Below the pieces are notes generated by a model, which was not told the origin of the DNA, searched no databases, and saw only the letters and a program-made list of their open reading frames with translations. Shown piece by piece: positions 28,501 to 37,686 of a stretch of DNA of 64,000 nt. The position numbers and the translations under genes are program-made. The first letter of the stretch is position 1. Each line of letters begins with the position of its first letter. The DNA is from a virus. The DNA lies in the IMG/VR virus record IMGVR_UViG_3300050011_000164, positions 20,730 to 84,729 of that record; one strand, written 5' to 3'.

Positions 28501-28927
28501 GCCATTTTTCCCGAGGCACTTCGGATGCGATGTTGATGATGATTTGAGTCCCGGGTTTAGCGGTGACTTCTTGTGCGGCGGCGTTGTCCTTGACTTCTTT
28601 GTCTCCATAAGGACCATCGCCCCTAGTCGCCATCTCATCTTCTTTCTCTTCGATGGTTTTACCGATCTCCATCTCGGCCTGAGCTTCGATGGCATCTCGG
28701 ACAGCGGAAACATTCTGGCGTTCAGGCGAACGAATTTCGCCGTCGAGTACGCCTACGCCGCTTTCGTCGTGGGAATTACCCACCAACTCATCGTTACTCG
28801 GCCCAGCTTCCGCCGTAGCTTCGGGGGTTGCTGGTTCGAGCTTCTGAGACAGATCATCGTCGCTGTGCATTAAGTCCGCCCCAACCCTGCGGGCGGCTTC
28901 ACGCAACCTATCGATACTAATTGGCAT
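25586..28927 (-). CDS. Large multi-segment (polyprotein-like) probable virion protein with repeated KxA motifs
   Basis: GGAGCAGGAAG RBS before MPISID; KHAE, KIAT, KNAS, KQAG, RTAA, KLAA, KGAS, KMAA, RVAA, KKAA, KEAG, KAAG, KVAG separate short segments. Confidence 0.75.
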   Translation of the reverse strand: MPISIDRLREAARRVGADLMHSDDDLSQKLEPATPEATAEAGPSNDELVGNSHDESGVGVLDGEIRSPERQNVSAVRDAIEAQAEMEIGKTIEEKEDEMATRGDGPYGDKEVKDNAAAQEVTAKPGTQIIINIASEVPREKWQCLNCGNEGELSVRGQCAACGSEAVSSMPPAAPPAREPEYARRGIEAGKKEQPIGGEKQHPRENTSANGMFGGTSLSATPNMEKHAERPQEGYAGHKSLFEGAAPSPDTVARVRGQYTSGMGRQSCMDYFKITEQQLDDILSGKYGKGKIATYHELKAAFLKNASLFNEANLKQAGQEYLHMVRTAAINVAQGQDEQGFHMLLTMNGREYVLRGTDADSFRKEYAAIPKPEAAVNKLVEKYLWKMQPYQKQTIQHPPSETKQDPNSPALRRQRSEELADADAYWGGKEKGPNDYKRYMTQHASAKLAATSYAEYQKLVQERNQIISQNRSRQMKGQPPSPVPPKPQPPMVPVAYAADGTYEGRLQDPVDCPAGCTVKWEPSKGASMMSLAKMAADHFGYDDWITGHTALMINNDSAGLTTLHNLVRNALKKKMTPKELAGQFARLFKKFGEQSKKFYAENAENARGERGKHEREQLEGVVKSPSGNKARDFVDSITNMWYDAGGQSDWEQPSNEVNWEEIATAEMESERAENPDKYPQTNKQDDKMLDNMGIKMESLRTATAVLKRVAAMSVPEKHQLRIAIDSLKMNPAMLGVMGGPSKEEALQILAKHGLRWDDEDYMAGGKGVKKAAAEPYTYDQVSPTRWQVNQGKQFIGIRDSEQGAIDSVDKYNKEEAAGLPPVHAGEGAAKTPEEIEKEAGFNFFFPGQVLREIAPELQHELVDYPNQTNTPMQYPDIVGDKDEVPEEIALAAALEGALDTTIIAYVSTSPAAAAGIGRDGKPEVLEGAPLRKENDIRGMMFTDEFYGQQTGVPGKAFASGKAAGFVRPGSALAYLKSLKLGKVAGADEAKQFSIFLQYVCGEIAATLVALFKVTYRPMLNQVPGKGEIQLAQVEQPQGLSSFNIYNQASRVKYLMNKLTDSEIKDAINSSSAQGAVWHEGEEGGYVYEVFVRIDDIDTESLIATYSFICGTKE

Positions 28928-31900
28928 CTTCCTGCTCCACAACTAAGTCCGCCAGATCACCGATACCGAGATCGATTGGACGTTCCTCGTCTTCTTCGTC
29001 GCCATAGCCTGCACACGCTGTGTGTGCATTCAGTGCGTCGGTGCCGAGTTCCGCGACAATCTCCAGAGTGTTCTGAAGTTCATCCACGTTATCGCCCTCT
29101 TCGTAAAGCTCACCATCTACGAATACTTGGTAGCCGTCTGTGAAGGTCAGGACTTCGACGCGGCTGTCGTTGAGCATGAAATGCCCCGGCTCGCCATCGT
29201 CACTCCAACCCATACCCACCAGCGTCTCGACATACGGGAATTCCCCGACTTCGGCTGGCATTCCTGCGGCTGCTTCTTTCGTGTCGTCCGCCGCGTCCTC
29301 GTGTGGTGGTTGTGGCTTCTGTGGTTCCACAGGAGCGTCACCGCGTAGTTCTGGTTTCGTCTCCAAAGGCGTATCATTGCCTTTTAACTGATCGTCTTGT
29401 GATTCAGGCTTCGTCGCCAGAGGCTTGCCCTTTGACTGATTGCCCTGTGGCGCAGCCAAGTCACCCTGTTGACGATTGTCGCTGTCAACGCCCGGAGAAA
29501 CGGCATCCGCTGCCTGTTCAGGGTTGCGCGGAGTTCCACGTCCACCCCCGCCGCCTCCACCGCCGCCAGAGCCTTCGCCCGTGCCGCCAGTTCCATCAGA
29601 ACCCGGTCCATCGCCGCCCGGACCCGAACCGCTGTCCGTATCGACGGTAGATGCACCGCCCGTGCCGCCGTTGTAGATGATGATGGTGGGGGTTTTAGGT
29701 TGCACTCCACCAGCAGGTTGACCAGCGGCTTGTACACTGCCGTCTTCACCGCCGCCTTCGTCACCACCCGCTGAGTTTGTGCTCGTTGGTGCAATGCTCA
29801 CAGTTCCACCCGTGCCAGCCCCGCCTGTTCCCGTGCTGGTCGCCGCACCACCCGTGCCAGCCCCGCCCGTACCTGCACCACCCATGCCGCTACCTACGCC
29901 GCCAGTTGATGCACCGCCCGGACTTGAACCGCCAGTTTCGGTTGATGTTTCGTTGCCAGAAGTTTCCGAGGTTCCATTACCACCCGCACCCGCTGGTGCT
30001 GCTACGGCTGCTGGTGCTGGTGCTGCTGGAACCGCTGCTGGTGCTGCTGCTGGTGCTGCCGCTGGAGCTTCAGCCTTCGCGGGAGGAGTAACGGCGGGCT
30101 TATTCTTGCCCTTCGTCTCATCAGGCTTGGCTGCTGGTTCATCTTCAGCTTCGGGTTTCTCGTCAGCTTCAACTTCAGGCTTCTCGTCATCTGCCTCAAC
30201 GGGTTCTTCCTCATCCGCCGAGAAATGCTCAGGGTTGACCGTCTTGGTCGCACGTGAGTCATTCGCCAAATCTTTCTTGGCTCCATGGTCGAGTTCCGAC
30301 TTGGCTTCGGAGATATCCCCCGAGATGTCCGCCGAGTTCATTGTCATACGGTCTGTTTCAGCAATGTCCTGTGCGTAAGCATTATCGGCTTCGCGCTGAG
30401 CTTGAACATACGCTTCTGTTGCAGCTTCCGCTTCTGCCGCAAACTCAGGGTAGACCTGACCCGATACTGGGTCGATGTGCTCTTCACAGTCTTCCGCTGG
30501 TATCTGGCAGATTGCACAGAAGTCTTGTGCGCCTGCTGGCGGTTCATCGTTACGGCTGATGGCGGTCTTCTGAGAAGAACGCTTACCAGCCTCGCCTACG
30601 GACTCCGTGGGCTGCTTGATGTCCTTGTCAACGGTGTCTGGGTTGACTACTTCGGACTTCGCTTCCGAGATGTCCCCCGAAATGTCAGCCGCGTTACGAC
30701 GTGTCAGTTCACGAGCATCGCGTTGACGCTGCGCTTCCAGACGTTTCGCACGCTCTTCATTGGTTTCTTCCGCCACATCACCCTCTACCTTGAACATCGG
30801 CTCTTCTTCCTTCGACCACGTAGCCAACGGGTTCTGGTAGGTGCCGTCGTTCGGGTAAACCGCAGCTTCAGTTGGGTCGAAATGACCAATCAGATGCTCG
30901 TTGTGCCCGCCGGGTTCCATGCTCTTGAGCAAAGCTTCCATATATCGTGCGAGGTTCGCATCATTTGGCTTACCTGCACCACGCTGTTGTCCGTAACCCT
31001 TCACGTCCCACGCAGCATCGGTCGAGCCCGGAATACGAATGACGTACTTCGGTGTAATGGTACGGCCAGCGGTCTTGCTGATATCAGCGTCCGTCTTCGG
31101 AAGGATGGCACCGTCGCCATCAGCTTCGTTTGCAGGATTGTCGGCGGTGTCCGCCGTCTTTCCCTCACCGAAGTAAGATGCGAAGTCATCCTCGGCGTAA
31201 TTTGCCGTCTTTTCGCTCGACGCCAGAATCGCGTCGTCAAAGTTGGGCTCCATCTGCTCTTCCAGAGTGATGTACTGAGTGTTCTCTCCGAAAGGAACGT
31301 CGCTCTCTTCGAAGTGACCATTCTTATCGCGACAATCGCCATTCCAACCGAGTCCGAGTTTCTCGGAGGTCGTCAAGGATGGGTGTACGCCGCCGCAGGC
31401 ACCGCACTCGTAGAATACTGCGGGTGCCGTTGCTTGAGCTTCTTCCATCTGATCCAATGCCGCGCCATTTTCGTCAGCGAGGATGGAATCGAGTCCAGCG
31501 AAATGCTCATCGTCTTCGTCGTAACCGTTATCGAACGAAGGCTCCGCAGAGCAGCATGGATCATCCTCGTTCACGGTGCTGCCGCATTCGAAGCACTTAC
31601 GCTGCTTTACCCAACCCTGTTGGTCGGCGTCCCAGCGAGAATTCTGGTTGGGGCAACCTGTTTCGTGAGTCGCAACACCGTTGATGCTCAACATCTCGCA
31701 CTGGTCGCAACGAACACGCTGTCTGGGGCGAGCATTAGGTGCAGCCGTCTTGGAGTCTTCTTCCTTTGGCTCTTCCTTCTCTTCCTTTGGCTCGTCCTTC
31801 TTCTCGGACTTACTCTTGCCACGGTTCTTCGCCCATTCGGATTTAGAACCACCCTCGGACTTTGTTTCTTTCGAGTCCGCCGATGCTCCGTCGTCGCCCG

Positions 31901-34571
31901 TGCTGGGCTCGTCCTCTTCGGACTTGGTGGTATCGTTCTCAAGAGCCTCTTCCACCTTTACGGTCGGCTCTTCCTGATCGCCCTTGACCTGCTCGGGAAC
32001 GTCGCTCTTCGAGTCCGCACTCATCTCTGGAGCTTCGATCTCGTGCTGCCCTGTGGTGGACTTTTCGTTGTCCTTACTCTCGCCCGGAAGTCTAATCTCG
32101 GGTGCAGGCCCCATGTCTTCCATCGTCTCGGACCAAATGTCGTCGATATCCTGAGGAACATCGGCGAATTTCTTACGCTGAGACGAATACTTGCGGGCCA
32201 TCTCTTCTTCACGCTTCTTAGCCGCCGTGACGGAGTGCTGCGAGCGAGCATCGTAATCCTCGCCGCCAAACCCGCCGCCAATCAAACTGGCAATGTAGGA
32301 TGCGTCGTTTTGCGAAGCCGTCTTCTTGGACGCCTTCTTGGAGGAGATCACGGGTGGAACCTGCCCACCCTTCTGATCCTGTCCGTGGTCGCGTTCGCCA
32401 GCGTCTTCTGCTCCGAACTGATAGATCATGTCATCGTCACCGACGTAAATGTCCACGTTACCCCAAGCCTTGGAAGCCTCGGTCAAGCCATCGCCCGTTG
32501 TCGGGTAATCGCCATCCCAATAGCCCGCTCCGTGACCGCAGCGGGTGAGCCAGAAATCATGACCCTGACGGAAGTCGTCCTGACCATCCTGTTCGGATGC
32601 CGCAGCCAAAAGCTCGGCATTCTCCGCTTGGAACTTAGCGCAATCTTCGGTCATCGCCTGCAAGCAGGAGGGAGCGAGATCGCGGATATCGTAATTCTGA
32701 TCCAATGGCTGTCCACCGCTTGGATCGGACTCGTCATTCGAAGACCACAGAGCGGTCTCGATGTAGCCACGAGTGAAGTTGTCGAATTCAGCGGCGACCT
32801 TCTTGGCAGTGCCCACCCACAAGGAGGAAGCCTGCTTCTTGCCTAGCCCGCCCCACTTGGCGGCGTCGAAAGATGCGTGATGATCCTTCAGAGCATCTTT
32901 GCCCTGACGAGCCTGACTCACGTTCTTCTTCAAGTGCTCACTGATGGCTTCGGGATCGTCCTCTGCACCCTTCTTCGAAGACGAGATCGACAAAGGAGTC
33001 GGCCCATGCTTCCCTGCGGCGATCTCCTTCTTGTGATCGGCTACCGCGTGATGAGCCTGATTATCCTGACTCATGCTGGCGGCGTATTCCTTCATCTTGT
33101 CGGCATGTTTTTCGAGAGCCTCTTTAGCCTCTTTACCGCCTTTGCGGACTCCATCCAGTACCGCACTAGCGGATGCGCTCAAATCGCCAGCCTGAGTTTG
33201 TGCCGCGAGACGTTCAACATCCCCCGTACAGGTCAGACCCTCAACACGCTTCGCCTGCTTGTCAGCGGCCCTCTTGTCGTACTGAGCCTTGACTTCGCCA
33301 GCCCATGGACCCGGATTCTTTTCCTCGTACTTCTGGATCGCTTCCTTTATGTTGCTCGCCCATGTCGTGCTTGCAACATATTTGCCGCTAACGAAGATAT
33401 CGATCTTCGGGAAATCGCGACGGTCGCCGTAAGCGGCGGACTTTCCCTTACGCTCTTCTTCTGGACGGCGAGGTACGCCAGTCTCATCGAGAGCGATGCC
33501 AATTGGTGCGCTGTTGATGACGGCCTTCGGCGTGTCCTTCTCGTCCTTGTAACCTTCGGTGCGCTGGTTAGCTTCGTCGTGAGCTTCGGTGCCGGGGCCA
33601 ACGTTCGTAATCGGGGTCTCGAATACCGCAGTGGCGGAACCCTTCTTGACGCCCTTGTTGCAGAACTTGCAGCCATCGCCTTCGCACTTGTCGCATTCCT
33701 GAGCCGCAATACGGGGAACCATTTCGCCCTTTGTCGGAGCTTTACCTTCGGAAGCGTTTTCAACGCCCTTGGTGCCGCTTGGCATGATGCTGTTGCGGAG
33801 AGCCGTGTCCAAAGATTCGAACACGTCCATCTCCTGAGGTTCTAAGACAGCTTTGGTAACTTCGTCGGCGGTCTTGATGGTCAAACCGAGGCGGGTTCTC
33901 TTCTTCGACCCTTCCTTGGTGAGGAGCGGGTATTCCTTCAACGGATTCTCAGCCAAAGCGGGGAAGTTCATCTTCGGCGTGATGTCCGTGACATCGAACT
34001 TCGAGGTCTCCACATCGGTCATCATGGCATCGAATGCCGAGGACAGACGGGGGTCGAAGTACGAACTGAAGACCAAATGACGGGTCAGGTTTGCAAGCTG
34101 GTTATCGTCTTTCGGGAATTGGAAACCGATGTACTCACGCTTGTTAACCCAGTTAGGAGCGAACAGGATGAGGGCGGCGAACTTACCATCTTCGGAGCCG
34201 AACAACTCTTCCTTAATCGACGCATAGGACGCCTGAGAATATTCATCCCATTCGGTATCACCGATTTTGTGGGAGATCATGTCGCCAATTTCCTCACCAC
34301 CAAAGGTGCGAACAAGACAACCATAGAGCAGTGCGGTCGGGAAGTCCTGCCCCTTCTTGTCAGCAACCGAGGGAGGGACGATGTAGATACGACCGATGGC
34401 AATGTTCTGACGAAAGCCCTTGTAAAAAATTTCAAAGCTTTGGACGTTGCCCGAACTACGGGCTTCCTTCTCGCCAGCCTTAATAGCTTCGACAGTTTTG
34501 CTAAGCAACCCATCATTGACCATGAAGGACTGGAAAGACTTTAATGCGACTGTGTTTCCGCTCTGAGCCAT
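28917..34571 (-). CDS. 1884-aa multi-segment (polyprotein-like) probable virion protein with repeated KxA motifs
   Basis: KTAD, KSAA, KRAA, KQAK, KHAD, KQAS, KVAA, KTAS, KFAD, KTAA, KTAN, KTAG, KTAI; internal repeat ADISGDISEAKSE; Gly/Thr/Ala low-complexity tract. Confidence 0.8.
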   Translation of the reverse strand: MAQSGNTVALKSFQSFMVNDGLLSKTVEAIKAGEKEARSSGNVQSFEIFYKGFRQNIAIGRIYIVPPSVADKKGQDFPTALLYGCLVRTFGGEEIGDMISHKIGDTEWDEYSQASYASIKEELFGSEDGKFAALILFAPNWVNKREYIGFQFPKDDNQLANLTRHLVFSSYFDPRLSSAFDAMMTDVETSKFDVTDITPKMNFPALAENPLKEYPLLTKEGSKKRTRLGLTIKTADEVTKAVLEPQEMDVFESLDTALRNSIMPSGTKGVENASEGKAPTKGEMVPRIAAQECDKCEGDGCKFCNKGVKKGSATAVFETPITNVGPGTEAHDEANQRTEGYKDEKDTPKAVINSAPIGIALDETGVPRRPEEERKGKSAAYGDRRDFPKIDIFVSGKYVASTTWASNIKEAIQKYEEKNPGPWAGEVKAQYDKRAADKQAKRVEGLTCTGDVERLAAQTQAGDLSASASAVLDGVRKGGKEAKEALEKHADKMKEYAASMSQDNQAHHAVADHKKEIAAGKHGPTPLSISSSKKGAEDDPEAISEHLKKNVSQARQGKDALKDHHASFDAAKWGGLGKKQASSLWVGTAKKVAAEFDNFTRGYIETALWSSNDESDPSGGQPLDQNYDIRDLAPSCLQAMTEDCAKFQAENAELLAAASEQDGQDDFRQGHDFWLTRCGHGAGYWDGDYPTTGDGLTEASKAWGNVDIYVGDDDMIYQFGAEDAGERDHGQDQKGGQVPPVISSKKASKKTASQNDASYIASLIGGGFGGEDYDARSQHSVTAAKKREEEMARKYSSQRKKFADVPQDIDDIWSETMEDMGPAPEIRLPGESKDNEKSTTGQHEIEAPEMSADSKSDVPEQVKGDQEEPTVKVEEALENDTTKSEEDEPSTGDDGASADSKETKSEGGSKSEWAKNRGKSKSEKKDEPKEEKEEPKEEDSKTAAPNARPRQRVRCDQCEMLSINGVATHETGCPNQNSRWDADQQGWVKQRKCFECGSTVNEDDPCCSAEPSFDNGYDEDDEHFAGLDSILADENGAALDQMEEAQATAPAVFYECGACGGVHPSLTTSEKLGLGWNGDCRDKNGHFEESDVPFGENTQYITLEEQMEPNFDDAILASSEKTANYAEDDFASYFGEGKTADTADNPANEADGDGAILPKTDADISKTAGRTITPKYVIRIPGSTDAAWDVKGYGQQRGAGKPNDANLARYMEALLKSMEPGGHNEHLIGHFDPTEAAVYPNDGTYQNPLATWSKEEEPMFKVEGDVAEETNEERAKRLEAQRQRDARELTRRNAADISGDISEAKSEVVNPDTVDKDIKQPTESVGEAGKRSSQKTAISRNDEPPAGAQDFCAICQIPAEDCEEHIDPVSGQVYPEFAAEAEAATEAYVQAQREADNAYAQDIAETDRMTMNSADISGDISEAKSELDHGAKKDLANDSRATKTVNPEHFSADEEEPVEADDEKPEVEADEKPEAEDEPAAKPDETKGKNKPAVTPPAKAEAPAAAPAAAPAAVPAAPAPAAVAAPAGAGGNGTSETSGNETSTETGGSSPGGASTGGVGSGMGGAGTGGAGTGGAATSTGTGGAGTGGTVSIAPTSTNSAGGDEGGGEDGSVQAAGQPAGGVQPKTPTIIIYNGGTGGASTVDTDSGSGPGGDGPGSDGTGGTGEGSGGGGGGGGGRGTPRNPEQAADAVSPGVDSDNRQQGDLAAPQGNQSKGKPLATKPESQDDQLKGNDTPLETKPELRGDAPVEPQKPQPPHEDAADDTKEAAAGMPAEVGEFPYVETLVGMGWSDDGEPGHFMLNDSRVEVLTFTDGYQVFVDGELYEEGDNVDELQNTLEIVAELGTDALNAHTACAGYGDEEDEERPIDLGIGDLADLVVEQEDAN
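30296..30690 (-). repeat. Intragenic direct repeat encoding ADISGDISEAKSE (2 copies, about 30296-30333 and 30652-30690)
   Basis: Seen in translation and nucleotide sequence. Confidence 0.8.
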
Positions 34572-34586
34572 GCTCGTTCCCCTTCG

Positions 34587-35129
34587 TTACTTCTGTTTGT
34601 TTGTGCCGATGTTTTCCGCTTCGCGACGAATGCGGAGTTCGTTCATTTCGATTTGGCTACGGAATTGCTTGACGTAGCTGGTAACCGTGTGCTCGTCCCA
34701 GCCCATGGAGCGGAGAGCTTCAACGCCCATCTGCAACCACTGGCCAGCGACGAACTGGAACTTCTCGCCATCGAAGTTGATGAAGTCACGCTTCGCTTGA
34801 TTGTCCATCTCAATGATTTGGCGACCAAGTTCACGGACGCCCTTCAGTTGCTCGCTGAGACTCTTGATGGCGAGATTGGCATCCATACCTTTAATACCCG
34901 AGGTTGGATTGTCCAGATGTTCGTTCATGCCGTCCAAAATCGACGCCATTTCGAGGGCGATGAGTTTGCTGAGTTCCGCCTGACTGATATTCGTGTCTTC
35001 GATCTTCGTCCGAATCTCATTCAGTTTGGAGCTAAGCTCACGCTTGCCCGGTTTCTTGACTTCCGCCGCCGCGTTGTACTTTCCTTCCAGATTGATCACC
35101 AGTTCTGTACGCTCGGTTTCGTTGCTCAT
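34587..35129 (-). CDS. Helical hypothetical protein in the late operon (terminase small subunit possible)
   Basis: TAATG coupling; all-helical character; function unverified. Confidence 0.6.
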   Translation of the reverse strand: MSNETERTELVINLEGKYNAAAEVKKPGKRELSSKLNEIRTKIEDTNISQAELSKLIALEMASILDGMNEHLDNPTSGIKGMDANLAIKSLSEQLKGVRELGRQIIEMDNQAKRDFINFDGEKFQFVAGQWLQMGVEALRSMGWDEHTVTSYVKQFRSQIEMNELRIRREAENIGTNKQK

Positions 35130-37060
35130 TACTCTATGTCTCCCATCTCAAAATGATTCCCCATCCGGGTATCATCAGCCCTGTCCTTGTTCATCTCAAT
35201 GTCGGCCATCTTCGTGTCGCCCGGACGCCCTGAATTCGGCATCAGATCAAACTCCGCAAGAATTGTACGCCCATCCTCTGGCGCACCTTCCCCAACCTTG
35301 TGATTGGATGATGTTTTGTCCATACCGGGGAAGCTCAATAGAGTCCCACCCGTGAGACCACAATGCATCCCCTTGCGATACGTGCAAGAACCGCATTTGT
35401 GTGCTCCAATAATTGGATTGTGATCGGCGAGCTTGTTCTTGAGGAACGTGCAGTCGATCTGACTCAACGCAACCTTGATCGGCTTGCGCTTCAGACTGGC
35501 GATGAATTCCTTCACGGCCTTGCTTGCCTGAGCGGTGCCAAACTTGGACGCTGCCTGCTTGTAAATCTTTTGTAACGAGTGCCCCTTCTTATGATACCGT
35601 TCGATGACGCTGGCATCGAGTTCAGGCTTGCTCGCACGATGTTCGTGACGCACCTGATCTGGGTTGCTCTCGTGGAATCCAGCGTGCGGAACACGGGAAA
35701 CATAATCAGCGGACGCTGCTGACTTGTGCTTCGCCATTACCGCCGAATGTGTCACACAGGATGCACACTTTGCACCCGCCACGAAATTCTGGTTGTGCAT
35801 CCCGGACTTTGCGAGAAATTCCGCATCGACCTTTGCGAGAACAACCTGTCCGTTGACATTTGGTTTCAGGCTACCGATGAACTCACGCAATGCCTTGCCT
35901 GCCGCATGTGCACCGAACCGCTTATCAGCCGCACGGAAGATAGCCTTCAGTGAGTGGCCCTTTACGTGCAACGACGCGATGTGCGAAGAGTCGAAGTCCG
36001 TTGCAATCACGCGGCCTACACGCTTCGCCTGCGCTTCCACGCTGCCGAGGCTCGGGTGACGAGAAACGGATGAGCTTGTCTTCGGGGCGATAGGCATGGA
36101 GCTTACTCTCGTGCCTGAATTGTCGTTGGCGATGTTCACCAACGCCGCCCGTTTCTGGTTGTTAGGCGTGCCCGGTGTGAGCTTATTCACAATGGGCGTA
36201 AGCTCAGCCGTGTTCGCTACAACGGGTAAGTGATAGAGATCACAGGTCTTAGAGCTACCGTTCTTCGAGAAATACTGACATCCTTCACATGCACTGATCT
36301 GCTTTACGGATGCAGCCCGTGGTGTGACGCCTGCTTTCTTCCACTGCTCGTGCTGGCGGACGCATTCGTTACTCGTACTGCCGTGCTTCTCTCGTTCATA
36401 AGTCGGGGAGTTCTTGTCCATGTAGGTATTCGGCTCAAGGAACGCCATGCCAACCAACCCAGCGTTTTCTTGCAGGTATTGAGTCGCCATCTGGTGATTG
36501 AACAATTCGATCTCAGCCAGCTTCTTGAGCTTCGCAGCGATCTTCGACGGTGCCATACCCTGATTGAGCAAGCTGTGGACGTACTTCTGAACCTGTGCAT
36601 CTGACACGTTCTTCTTCTCGACCTTGCCAGACGAAGCCGCTGATTCCAGCGTTTCCGTAACTTCGGCGAACAATGAGTCGTCATCGCCCAGCTTCGTGCT
36701 GTAGTCTTCTGGGTGCTGGGTTGCCTGCACACGCCAGTTCTGGTTGGAGCCCGCCACACCGCTGATGTGCTGATCCTTAGCCGCCATGCGATCCATGTGG
36801 GTGCCACGTGCACGTTCAAGACGGTCTTGTTGAGCGTTCTTTTCAGCGGAGCCCGTGCGACCCGGCCATAGCGGAGTATGTCTGCTGGCACTCTCAGCTA
36901 TTTCATCCATGAACTCTTCATCGACGAACTGGTGGGAGCGATCTAACTGTTCTTCACCTGAGCCTTGTGCATCTTTCAAGCCGAGGTCCTTCCAATCGGG
37001 CTCGCGGTCGTCCAAGAATGCGTCAACGATGCTGGTGTACGGTTTCTTTTCTTCTGCCAT
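35129..37060 (-). CDS. Late protein with internal tandem repeats and CxxC motifs
   Basis: Start at MAEEKK; two repeats of H.KGHSL..I...A..FG...A.KA..EFI.SLK...GA.KC.SC. Confidence 0.75.
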   Translation of the reverse strand: MAEEKKPYTSIVDAFLDDREPDWKDLGLKDAQGSGEEQLDRSHQFVDEEFMDEIAESASRHTPLWPGRTGSAEKNAQQDRLERARGTHMDRMAAKDQHISGVAGSNQNWRVQATQHPEDYSTKLGDDDSLFAEVTETLESAASSGKVEKKNVSDAQVQKYVHSLLNQGMAPSKIAAKLKKLAEIELFNHQMATQYLQENAGLVGMAFLEPNTYMDKNSPTYEREKHGSTSNECVRQHEQWKKAGVTPRAASVKQISACEGCQYFSKNGSSKTCDLYHLPVVANTAELTPIVNKLTPGTPNNQKRAALVNIANDNSGTRVSSMPIAPKTSSSVSRHPSLGSVEAQAKRVGRVIATDFDSSHIASLHVKGHSLKAIFRAADKRFGAHAAGKALREFIGSLKPNVNGQVVLAKVDAEFLAKSGMHNQNFVAGAKCASCVTHSAVMAKHKSAASADYVSRVPHAGFHESNPDQVRHEHRASKPELDASVIERYHKKGHSLQKIYKQAASKFGTAQASKAVKEFIASLKRKPIKVALSQIDCTFLKNKLADHNPIIGAHKCGSCTYRKGMHCGLTGGTLLSFPGMDKTSSNHKVGEGAPEDGRTILAEFDLMPNSGRPGDTKMADIEMNKDRADDTRMGNHFEMGDIE

Positions 37061-37064
37061 AGGT

Positions 37065-37685
37065 TTATGCCGCAGCCGAAGCTGCTTTCCCCTTCTTTGC
37101 ATTTGAAATCGCCATCTTCCATTCCGTAGATAATGCTCCACGTTTTCCAACACGAAGACGATTCCGATTTGCTATCCGCTGTGCTTGTGCTGCCCTACGT
37201 TCGGGAGTCCATGCAGCCCGCATCGCTGCTTTCATTGCGGCTTCCACTTCTTCGGCGGGTTTAACCGCAACTATTTTTTCGGTCGATGATGCCCAAGAGC
37301 TAGGTTTTTCAACTGTTGCGCTGTGACAGGTCTTCCTTTACGCTGCTCACTCCAAAGCTGTCTTGTTCTTTCCGAAATAATCCGGCCCACAGTTCCCTCA
37401 CCGCCCAGCGTCATGTTGTAGCCGTTCTCAACTTTATGACTTTGATGGAGAACGATGAAAAAGGTCTCCATCTTGGAGAGTTCATCAGCGGTCTTGGCAC
37501 GATAAATCACTTCGGACCTTGAAGGCATCCGAGCCGTACTTGCGAATAGTGCGGCATAGGTAACGATCCCCACCCCGTCTCGCTTCGCGAACGTGCTGTT
37601 GAAAACGAGCGTCTGCCTCATCTCCGACATATTTGCCGATGTAGACCCCACCGTTGATTCGATTTGTGAGCTTGTAAATCAGCAT
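37065..37685 (-). pseudogene. GIY-YIG homing endonuclease split by two frameshifts
   Basis: MLIYKLTNRINGGVYIG (frame A), shift near 37515 to EVIY...GYNMTLGG (frame B), shift near 37275 back to a NUMOD-like tail AWTPERR (frame A). Confidence 0.7.
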
Positions 37686-37686
37686 G

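Noticed and set aside
30285-32846. 853-aa plus-strand ORF (also 32877-33845, 27599-28273, 26081-26683 and similar)
   Set aside because: Antisense shadows of long minus-strand genes with biased codon usage; no RBS, motif or protein-like composition
37061-37153. N-terminal extension of the 674-aa ORF
   Set aside because: Overlaps the tail of the GIY-YIG pseudogene; MAEEKK at 37060 is the more plausible start
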